64,000 bases of DNA from a virus. The DNA lies in IMG/VR virus record IMGVR_UViG_3300048672_000475, positions 16,857 through 80,856 of that record. One strand, 5' to 3'. The stretch's first letter is position 1, and each line of letters begins with the position of its first letter. Of this stretch, positions 30,654 through 38,785 are shown in pieces. The position numbers and the translations under genes are program-made. The notes beneath the pieces are model-generated. The model was not told the DNA's origin and searched no databases. It was given only the letters and a program-made list of their open reading frames with translations.

Positions 30654-30983
30654 TTAAAAGTTAGCGTAAACCATTCCGCTCGATGTATGGCCGATAATGG
30701 CTGTTCTGTCTTCCATGTACTCAATAACGGCTCGCTCCTTTTCGTCGTCGTCTTCGCAATCGCTCAAGTCGATGCTGTAATCACTGGCTATTGTTTCGGC
30801 GTCGCTCTCTGTGTACTCACAGCAAATGGCGATTACATCCAGCTCTATTTCTTCGCCTGTGTCCTCTTCCAACTCTTCAAAGTAGTTGAATAACAAGCTT
30901 AATGCCTCGTAACTGAATTGTTCGCCGCGTCCGCATCGGTGGAAAGCTGCGGTAAATTCTGAATGATTGATTGTTTGTTTCAT
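30654..30983 (-). CDS. highly acidic early protein
   Basis: About 28 D/E versus 6 K/R in 109 aa; FSYEAL..LF...ELDVIAICCEY. Confidence 0.7.
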   Translation of the reverse strand: MKQTINHSEFTAAFHRCGRGEQFSYEALSLLFNYFEELEEDTGEEIELDVIAICCEYTESDAETIASDYSIDLSDCEDDDEKERAVIEYMEDRTAIIGHTSSGMVYANF

Positions 30984-30987
30984 GGTT

Positions 30988-31677
30988 CTATGCTCCAGTT
31001 TTTATAGTTTGCAGTAGTTCGGCGCGGTCCGCCAAGTATGCGCGGATTGTCTGCCGCACGGCGGCGCAAATTGCGGGGCTGAGCGGTTGCGCGGCTTTTG
31101 TTTCGCGGATTAGCTCCAGCGTGGTTTTGTTGGTGCGGTGTAGCTCTTCGCGGGCTTCGATGATGCGTTGCTCTTGCTGATATATCGCGTCGGCTTCGCG
31201 TTGCTCTTCCGCGTCGATCCTGGCGCACTCGTCCGCGTATCGCGCGGCGTCTTCTGCGGTGTCGTGTACGCTATCTGTGTATACGGTTACACCATCCCAA
31301 TCGCTGTGCCGCGTTGCTGCGAGATAAAACAGGTGCGCGCCGGCGTCGTTTAGCTTGTGCGGGTTTCTGAAGGCTAAAACAAAGCCATGCAGGGTTTCGC
31401 CGGTCCAACCGTCGTCGGATGTATACCAGCCCTGCGGCAAGTGTCGGCAAATGTCGTGTGCCTCGCCGACTTGGATCAACGGCAAGTCGTTGAAACAATC
31501 CGCGTAAATCGTGCTTTCGTCAACTTTGCTGCGCGTATGCTGACCACGTTTTAAAATCGCGGGTTTTGGGTAGCGGTTGTTGCGCCAGTTTGAATAATGC
31601 GCTGATTCTGGGTAGCGTTCGGCCATTTTCGCGGTGTTTGCTTTATACGCGGCTAGGCGTCTTTGTAATGCGCTCAT
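30988..31677 (-). CDS. hypothetical early protein
   Basis: 229-aa ORF with AGGAG RBS. Confidence 0.7.
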   Translation of the reverse strand: MSALQRRLAAYKANTAKMAERYPESAHYSNWRNNRYPKPAILKRGQHTRSKVDESTIYADCFNDLPLIQVGEAHDICRHLPQGWYTSDDGWTGETLHGFVLAFRNPHKLNDAGAHLFYLAATRHSDWDGVTVYTDSVHDTAEDAARYADECARIDAEEQREADAIYQQEQRIIEAREELHRTNKTTLELIRETKAAQPLSPAICAAVRQTIRAYLADRAELLQTIKTGA

Positions 31678-31894
31678 GGCTTAGGCTCCTTTTATTGCTT
31701 GGTAGATTGCTTCGGCTTGCGTCCAGTCGAGCGCCAGCATGGCGGCAAGCTGCATAATTGCGGCAACTGCGGCAAGGTGTGGCCAATCGCGTAAAAATGC
31801 GCGGGCTTGGTTTATGGTTTGCGTGTTTGGTGCTTTCATGGCTGCGGCTCCTCTTCGGTTAGCGGGTTTGTTTGCCGTCCGTGGCTTTGTGGGT

Positions 31895-32191
31895 TTAGTT
31901 TACGATTTCGCCGTGCCTATCCTGGCTGTACTCTTCAGGATCAAGCCAGTAGATAAAGGCGCAAACGTTCTCATCTTTAATATCGATGCGTGCCATGTCG
32001 CCGTAATCGCTTAGGGTGTGGCGGGGGATTGGGGCCCAGTAGCGGTGTTTTTTGGCCGCCGTGATGGCTTTTTTGGTATCGGCCGCGCGGACTGTAAGGC
32101 GCTCGATCCAGCAATAATTTGCCTCTCCGCCAAAGGTATCTGTAAATTCTACGGCGTAAAGGTTCGGGGTTTGGTCGTTTTTGGCGGTCAT
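31895..32191 (-). CDS. conserved early hypothetical protein
   Basis: EFTDTFGGEANYCW motif; repeated leader. Confidence 0.65.
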   Translation of the reverse strand: MTAKNDQTPNLYAVEFTDTFGGEANYCWIERLTVRAADTKKAITAAKKHRYWAPIPRHTLSDYGDMARIDIKDENVCAFIYWLDPEEYSQDRHGEIVN

Positions 32192-32417
32192 GGCTGCGGC
32201 TCCTCTTCGGTTACTTCGGCAGGCGTGCTTTGGATGGTAGCACGCGAAAAAATCCGTTAAATTTAGCGGGTGACGCTTTCCAGCGCCGGCCAGCTACAAA
32301 AATTGAAGATATTCCGTTTCTCCAAATGTGGTTTTCAAGTTTCATGGCTGCGGCTCCTCTTCAGATTGTCGCGGGTCCGGTGCGGGATTGCGCCGGCGTT
32401 TCCTTCAAGTTCGGTTC

Positions 32418-32447
32418 ATTGTATCGTGGTTTTTTGTTGTGGGTCAA
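32418..32447 (-). promoter_or_regulatory. main leftward early promoter
   Basis: TTGACC-18-TACAAT. Confidence 0.6.
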
Positions 32448-32509
32448 GTGCTTTCGTATCATCTGACGCGGTAATCCTCTAATAATGTGATGCTCATCAC
32501 GTTTTTATG

Positions 32510-32945
32510 GCTGCTGTCCGGGTGTAAGGTCGCGCGTCCGGTGTCCCGTCCGGCCGTGGACGTGTCCGGGACACAGGCAAGCTATTGATTTCTAACGGTT
32601 TTATTTTTTCTGGCCGGTTTGTCCGGTATGGCCGCCCGACCTGGGCAAAATCCCCTCAAAATTTCGTGGTGTCGTCCGGTGGCCGCGTGTCCGTGTCGCG
32701 TGGTAAATCCTAGCGTTCCTATTCTTCTCTTCTTCTTCTTCTTCTTCTTCTTCTATAAAGGGTATAGGACAGCAGGACAGACAGAGTAAAACGCCCGATA
32801 TTGCTGGGTTGGCGGGTGTCCAGCTAGCAGGTGCTGCTCCCTGGTCATCTGGGACAGCAGACCGGACAGCAGAGGGACAGCGGGTTTATGGCTGCGGTTG
32901 ACGGGGTGCGGATTTTTCCCGGTATCGGCAGGACAGCGGACAATT
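32510..32945. repeat. origin-like region: inverted TGTCC/GGACAG iterons around a (TTC)n tract
   Basis: About 8 (T/C)GTCC left of and about 7 GGACA right of the pyrimidine tract at 32722-32754. Confidence 0.65.
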
Positions 32946-33044
32946 AAACAGTGTTAGGATAAAAACAAAATAGTTTGCTGCTTGTAGCTATATTGCAAAC
33001 TTTGGGTTTATAGTAGGGCGGACTATAAACTTTAGGTTTACGAT

Positions 33045-33503
33045 ATGCGAGTGATTTCGACCGGGGACGCAAGGAAAGTGGCGCTAATAGCGGCCACTAT
33101 TGACGAGCTGCGTAAGCTCAAATGGTTAGAACTGACTAAAGATTTTAACGATTCGATAAGTACAGAACCGCAAAAAAGCGATAAGTTTCAATGCTTTATG
33201 ATGGTTTATACTTTCGAGACGACAGCACGCGCGAAAGTCTTCCGGCTCGCGTATGCCATGGCCCGGAAAAACGGCAAGTTGAAGGCTGTTTGGAGGGTCA
33301 AATCACGCCCGCCGAGTTACTATAAGCGATTGAAAAATCGATATAAAGAGACCATAAAACGACGTACAAAACGAAAAGCCTGCAAACGGGAGCGCAAGCG
33401 GTACTATAAACTCGTTCCGCTGGTTCGAGCCGGGAATATAGCTACACTGGAAGCAAAAGCGCGGGCAATTGCACGCGAGGCACTAATCGCTGATCTTCTT
33501 TAG
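33045..33503 (+). CDS. basic hypothetical protein, possibly DNA-binding
   Basis: K/R-rich 152-aa ORF ending ADLL. Confidence 0.6.
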   Translation: MRVISTGDARKVALIAATIDELRKLKWLELTKDFNDSISTEPQKSDKFQCFMMVYTFETTARAKVFRLAYAMARKNGKLKAVWRVKSRPPSYYKRLKNRYKETIKRRTKRKACKRERKRYYKLVPLVRAGNIATLEAKARAIAREALIADLL

Positions 33504-33896
33504 AATCAAGCGGTTATCTGGGCAGGTAGCGGCTAGCAAACCGGATTTCGGGACCTGAAAAGCGGTTAATTAAACGCTGTTAGATAGCCGCGATCCGCGA
33601 ATCGCTCACCTTCCGGTTCGCTCCTGTAAGGTAGTTATTAGATATTGATTCGCGAGCTCATCGGAAAGGCAGAAAATGAGCAATTCGCCGCCCGGCAAAT
33701 TGCAACTAACTGATTTTATTCGCTATTCGCTCATACGAAAAAGGAGTGCTAAAGCACGACCGATTAGATATGAGGGTATCGGGAGTCCCTACCTACACCC
33801 CTCTTTCACCCGGTGTCGAGCAGCTTCATACCCCACGCAATCCGCAGAAATATTTTAGAAACTTTTTCCCAGAAAGTAGCAATTGACACACCACCA

Positions 33897-34004
33897 GCCC
33901 CGATTAGCTCCCAATAACGCCCGATAACGCCCGATTAGCGCCCGATAACCCCCGATTAGCACCCAATAGCCCCCGATTAGCCCCCGATTAGCTCCCAATT
34001 AGCA
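33897..34004. repeat. tandem array of ~10 degenerate 10-11-bp units (CCCGAT(T)AGC-like)
   Basis: Directly visible. Confidence 0.85.
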
Positions 34005-34410
34005 CCTCCAGGCCAGTAAATCCGCCAAAAACACCCAAATCCGCGCCGACCAGCACCGTTGAAGGAGCATTTGGTACAAAAATTATAGAATAAAAAGTAG
34101 CATGTGGTAATTTCAGCCAGAAAGTCACGATCACGCTTTTGTAGCAGATGGTAAACCCCAAAAAATTTTGAAAAATTTTCCAGAAAAAGGTGTGTCATAT
34201 GGTAAAAACAGAAATCAATCGGCGCATCCTTGCGCCGATTGGCAGAAATGTAGCAGATGCTTTCGCTCAGCTTTTGAGCGAAACTAATATTCTAATATAC
34301 TAATATTACCAGTTGACACGCATAAATATCCCGTGTCATGTGGTAAAAGTGGATTCTCTCGCGCTCAACTTTTGAGCACGAGAGCGTATGCTACAAATTA
34401 ACTTTATCAG

Positions 34411-34491
34411 TTGACACGAGGAAAACCCTTCCGTATAATCATCGTGTCTGTTGAAGATTTCACTTGACGCGCGATACCGCAGGCGTATAAT
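34411..34491 (+). promoter_or_regulatory. two strong tandem sigma70 promoters
   Basis: TTGACA-17-TATAAT (34411-34439, perfect consensus) and TTGACG-16-TATAAT (34464-34491). Confidence 0.85.
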
Positions 34492-34625
34492 TCACTCATC
34501 GGTCTGAAGCCGTCTAAGTAAACAGAAATTTTTATTTAAAAAAGGTCGATCTGACCGCGTTGGGCCTGTTTACGCCCTCTTCAGAACGCGTGTCACCTCG
34601 GCCTTTTTTAATTGGAGAAATCCTC

Positions 34626-35222
34626 ATGCACCATCTAACTGTACCCGCACAATTCAAAGACCTGATCTTCGTATCTGGAGAACAGGCGCAAACCACTTCC
34701 CTTCTAGTCGCCGAAAGATTTGGCAAGAACCACAAAGATGTTCTACGAGCGATAGCTAATCTGGAATGCTCAGCAAAATTTAGGGCCTCTAATATTGAAG
34801 AGTCTTCGTACATCGACGATAAAGGTCGTGAGCAGAAAATGTACGTTCTTAACAAGGACGGGTTCTACAAGCTGGCAATGGGTTTTACCGGCGAAGCAGC
34901 GACGGCATGGCAGGAACTGTTCCTTGACGCGTTCAACTGGATGCAGGACGAACTCAAACGCTTACTCACGGAAGAGGCGAACCGTAAGTACAACCTTGGT
35001 TTGGTGGAAGGCGCGAGTAGAGGGATAACGGATACGCGAAGGGAAGCTGCGCTGATAGTAGAAGCCGGCGCGCAGGAAGCGAGTCGTGTTGAAGCTAAGA
35101 GTTACCACCGATGGGAACAGGAACGTGGCCGTAAAGAAGCTGCGCAAGCCGAGAATAGGGAACTCCGGAAAGAGAATCAAAGATTGCAAAAGGCGATTGA
35201 TAAGTTGAAGCAGCGGAAGTAG
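34626..35222 (+). CDS. rha: Rha-family phage regulatory protein
   Basis: TTSLLVAERFGKNHKDVLRAI, LNKDGF..LAMGFTG..A. Confidence 0.9.
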   Translation: MHHLTVPAQFKDLIFVSGEQAQTTSLLVAERFGKNHKDVLRAIANLECSAKFRASNIEESSYIDDKGREQKMYVLNKDGFYKLAMGFTGEAATAWQELFLDAFNWMQDELKRLLTEEANRKYNLGLVEGASRGITDTRREAALIVEAGAQEASRVEAKSYHRWEQERGRKEAAQAENRELRKENQRLQKAIDKLKQRK

Positions 35223-35239
35223 AAACCCTCATATAGCAG

Positions 35240-35268
35240 TTGACACACAACCCGCAAGACGCTATACT
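35240..35268 (+). promoter_or_regulatory. sigma70 promoter
   Basis: TTGACA-17-TATACT. Confidence 0.75.
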
Positions 35269-35299
35269 TTACCCCGCAACACAAAACTGGAGAACACTT

Positions 35300-36784
35300 A
35301 TGACCCACCCATACACCGACCAAACGCCCGATCAAGTTCCTTTTTCAAAGGTAGCCGATACGATTATTGAAGAGATAGCCAGCGACAATCCGAATGGTAC
35401 CGTGCTGCGTGTGTACGCGAGACAGTACTCAGATATGCGTTACGGGTGCGTGATAGGGCAAGAAGGTTTGCCGGCCAACGCGACTTTGATTTTCGACACA
35501 GTAGGGGATTAGGGATGAGCACATCACATTTTGAAGAGATGCTGGAAATACGTGATACAGGGGAGCGTCGCTCTGTCCGGGTCAAGTCCAGTTTAATAAG
35601 GGGAGAACCTGCGGATCATATTGAGGCACCCTCTTTTGACGTATCGCGCTTGTATAGACACGGTATTACGCTTACGAATAACTTTTCCGCGAAAGACGCG
35701 GAACTGCCTCAGGCTATGGCGATTTCTAAGCGAGTGCTGGCCAACTACCTATACAGTGATGTTATTAGGGAGTTGGATATTATCCTGCAAGCCGCATACG
35801 GGGATGATTTTCAAGGGGTAGTGGAAACTGCGGCAAAACTTCGCTCCAGTCTTATTAAGTCGTTTGATGAGGCATAGCAGTGACGCATTACGTCATTGGG
35901 GTGCATCACGAACCTACGGACCAACGATACGTTAAGTTAAAACTAGCTACGGATCGTGTAGTCTGTGATACCGTCGAGTTACTAAAATATTGTGGGTACT
36001 GGAAAATGGGACTTGCTTGGAGATACGTTACCGAAGCCGAACTTGAACCGTTGAAGGCAGGCAAAAAGATTCCGGCGTGGCAACCATGAGAGCTAAAGAC
36101 GGGACACCCATGATGTCCGTATGGCAGTATCTGCATTACAACGGGGTGTTCGTAGTCGCCTATACGAGGGTCGAAGCAGCCAAATTATTGGCCTGTGATC
36201 CGGAAGATATATCGCGGGTTAAGGGTGTGTACGCAACCGGAGTTCCGAGGGAGCTAAAGTAATGGCTAAATGCGATTTGTGTGGTGCGCACTGTACGCCC
36301 CTGGACATGAGACAATTGCTCCGGTCGTACCAGATACCCGGCGTTGTAGATTTGTGCCCAAGCTGCGCTAATTGGGTCGATAAAACCAAACTGGAACTGA
36401 TGAGTAAAGTTGCCGATGGTTTGAAGACCGCAATTATTAAAAAGAAAGCCTTACCGCCAAAAAGAACGATCCTTCAGAGGATGTTTAAACGCGACAAAAC
36501 CAGGAGAGTAGAACATGTTAGCTAGATTCGGATATGTCAAGAAGCGAGATATGGACGCCGCGATACGAAGAGTGACCCAGGATAAGGAGGTGCAGATTGA
36601 GGAACTTAAAACCCAGTTGACCACTTCGTACCGGAATGCGGCCTATCTGGACAAGCGGGTGCAGTCTTTGGTATGCGCAGTGGACGTACTGACCTCGAAA
36701 GTGATGGCGCTAAAAATGCTTTGCTGGGTGTCGGTTCCGCTATCGGTAGCGGCGATTGCGCAACTTGTTTGGCGTTTTTTGTAA
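35300..36784 (+). CDS. six small hypothetical genes (35300-35512, 35515-35877, 35880-36089, 36086-36262, 36262-36525, 36515-36784)
   Basis: Tightly coupled plus-strand ORFs; one CxxC..CxxC protein and one with a C-terminal TM segment. Confidence 0.6.
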
Positions 36785-36790
36785 TTACAG

Positions 36791-36820
36791 TTGACACACC
36801 CAACAACATCAAACTACACT
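36791..36820 (+). promoter_or_regulatory. sigma70 promoter upstream of the candidate sRNA and lysis genes
   Basis: TTGACA-18-TACACT. Confidence 0.6.
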
Positions 36821-36826
36821 ATAGAT

Positions 36827-36975
36827 ACCCGCTAGCGTCTGGTCATGGACATAGTGGATAGCTCCGGCTAGGTTTCCTCCAGTTACCTACGCCGTGAGCG
36901 CCTTTATTACCCTCCGTAAGTCCCCAAGTCCACTCATCCGCACCTCCACCACCCAAGTCCACTCATTCCAGCCGC
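36827..36975 (+). ncRNA. candidate anti-RBS small RNA / structured leader
   Basis: 13-bp hairpin 36861-36899 with loop TTCCTCCAGTT; further CCTCC motifs; no credible ORF. Confidence 0.5.
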
Positions 36976-37139
36976 ATACTATTATAGGGGCGCCGATTTG
37001 CGCGCCTGATTATTATCACGCTTCCCATCCAAAATCTTTTGTGGTATACAGGACGCATATACCAAGTAGGTTACTCGTATATCAATTTTTGGCATCAAGA
37101 CGCGCCCGCTTGTGGAGTTAAATCAATTTAGGAGCAGGT

Positions 37140-37388
37140 ATGGAGCGTATTGACATTAGGGCACCGGATGACTATATGGAGTTCGGTCGGGAAACCAGCG
37201 AGAGCACGAAAATGATCAACCGATTGGTGCTTGAGAAAGACCGCCTGATCCTGGAGATCCGTGTTGCGGGCATATTGAACCGCAGATTGCGGGACAAGAT
37301 GGCCTTGTACCGGTCGTATAGCATGATAAGTTCTACGCTGTTGTTCTGTATGGCAGCGTTATTTTGGCTGCAGTACACGCATAGGTGA
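37140..37388 (+). CDS. hypothetical protein with C-terminal TM segment
   Basis: AGGAG RBS. Confidence 0.6.
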   Translation: MERIDIRAPDDYMEFGRETSESTKMINRLVLEKDRLILEIRVAGILNRRLRDKMALYRSYSMISSTLLFCMAALFWLQYTHR

Positions 37389-37392
37389 TGAT

Positions 37393-37554
37393 ATGAAGAT
37401 CAACTGGCAGGAAGAAAGCACAAAACGTGGGGCAGTTATCCTGCTCTTAGTGATACCCGGCCTGATCGGGTGGTTCATGGGTAAGGACGTGACCGGTTTG
37501 ATCACGCTAGCGATGGCGATATCCGGGTACATGAAGTTGACGAGGCCCGACTAA
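37393..37554 (+). CDS. putative holin (53 aa, 2 TM; not in ORF track)
   Basis: MKINWQEESTKRGAVILLLVIPGLIGWFMGKDVTGLITLAMAISGYMKLTRPD; lies in the lysis cluster. Confidence 0.55.
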   Translation: MKINWQEESTKRGAVILLLVIPGLIGWFMGKDVTGLITLAMAISGYMKLTRPD

Positions 37555-37624
37555 TGGAGTTTGCCTGGGGTGAGTTTATCGTCGGTATCAGCGTCGGCAT
37601 CCTGGGGATGTCCCTGGTCGGCGC

Positions 37625-38113
37625 ATGGCTGTTGTTCCCGTGATTTACGCCTTCATTGCCGCGTTCGTACTGGGCCTTGGCGTAGGTGCCGGCGGCATGC
37701 GCCACTGGGATAGCGTAGAGATACGCGATCTGGAGGCTGCGCTTACGGCAGTTAACGTCACGAGTGCGGCCACCCTGGCCAGCAAAACAGCAGAGGTAGC
37801 GCGAGCTACGGAAAAGGCCAAGCAGGCCAATGATCAGTTGGAGCAGAGTTATGACCAGAGTATTGCTACTGTCAACGCTTATTTTGACAGGGTGCGGGCC
37901 AGTGGTAAAACCCGTAGTCCTAACCCCGTGCCAAGCTGTGCAGGTGCCACAACATCTGAAGCAGCGACCGCCGAAACTTCCCCCGCTACCGACGATGCCT
38001 TTACCCCCCACACCCCAGACTTCGAGCGCAAAGCCTACGTCATAGACGAGTGGGCCAGTTCGTGCTGGAAATTTGTAAACGATAACTGCAGGATGCCACA
38101 GGATGGTCGTTGA
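37625..38113 (+). CDS. i-spanin (Rz-like)
   Basis: N-terminal TM segment, Ala-rich coiled coil; contains an embedded lipoprotein gene. Confidence 0.75.
   Translation: MAVVPVIYAFIAAFVLGLGVGAGGMRHWDSVEIRDLEAALTAVNVTSAATLASKTAEVARATEKAKQANDQLEQSYDQSIATVNAYFDRVRASGKTRSPNPVPSCAGATTSEAATAETSPATDDAFTPHTPDFERKAYVIDEWASSCWKFVNDNCRMPQDGR
37851..38045 (+). CDS. o-spanin (Rz1-like lipoprotein) embedded in the +1 frame
   Basis: MTRVLLLSTLILTG/C lipobox, Pro-rich mature part, GGAG RBS. Confidence 0.7.
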   Translation: MTRVLLLSTLILTGCGPVVKPVVLTPCQAVQVPQHLKQRPPKLPPLPTMPLPPTPQTSSAKPTS

Positions 38114-38507
38114 TGTTGATATTAACTTACTCGGAACAGCGACTATCGCGCTTATTGGCTGTGTCGCAACATTGTATACCAAAGCAATTAAGGCTGAGAA
38201 CAACCAGTTGAAGGAAACGCTTATGCAAAAAAGTGAATCCCATGACGCGACGATTGAGCGGATAGAAAGTAACCAGCACGATATCTGGGCAGAGATACGG
38301 CTGCAGCGCGACGCGCTACAGGTTGCCAGAGAAGCTTCCATCCAGCTCTCGGCGAACATATCCCGGTTGAATGAACTGCTCCCGCGCCTGGAGGTAGGTA
38401 TGGACGCGAGAGTTACACACGAACAATGTAGTTTTCGCAGACGGTCGACGGACACCTGCGTAGTGGATTTAAGGAAGAGCCGAAATGACGATCCGGGTGA
38501 CGCTTGA
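38103..38507 (+). CDS. membrane-anchored coiled-coil protein, possibly holin/antiholin-related
   Basis: Single N-terminal TM segment; lysis cluster. Confidence 0.5.
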   Translation: MVVDVDINLLGTATIALIGCVATLYTKAIKAENNQLKETLMQKSESHDATIERIESNQHDIWAEIRLQRDALQVAREASIQLSANISRLNELLPRLEVGMDARVTHEQCSFRRRSTDTCVVDLRKSRNDDPGDA

Positions 38508-38778
38508 GAATTTAACACCGTGGGTGCCGGCATGGCTCCCGCTGCCGAAAACAGTGTTGGTCAGGATGTACTCCTGCGAGACTGAGCCGGTTGAACCACA
38601 CCAATATAAGTTTGCCGTAGTCGCGCTGATCTGGTGCGGCGTAGCGGAGATAAAGGGACTCTGTAAAGACGTAGACCTGAAGCATATGAAAGCCGGGTCC
38701 GCAGCACTGGGTGAACTCGGCGCACGTAAACTGGTGTGGACTCATAAAGGCCATTCCCGGTCATTAACAATAAGGTAG
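38485..38778 (+). CDS. hypothetical protein
   Basis: Operonic ORF. Confidence 0.55.
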   Translation: MTIRVTLENLTPWVPAWLPLPKTVLVRMYSCETEPVEPHQYKFAVVALIWCGVAEIKGLCKDVDLKHMKAGSAALGELGARKLVWTHKGHSRSLTIR

Positions 38779-38785
38779 GTACTAG

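Noticed and set aside
33897-34004. Possible CRISPR array
   Set aside because: Units are 10-11 bp and contiguous with no unique spacers; the Cas4-like DUF2800 gene belongs to the ordinary replication module
36894-37121. 75-aa ORF in the pre-lysis gap
   Set aside because: GTG start lies inside the hairpin stem with no RBS, and the low-complexity product follows from the C-rich repeats; ncRNA reading preferred
37502-38533. Long minus-strand ORF of 343 aa, and similar antisense ORFs such as 56634-57398 and 6363-6950
   Set aside because: Shadows of well-supported genes on the opposite strand, with no RBS or recognisable motifs
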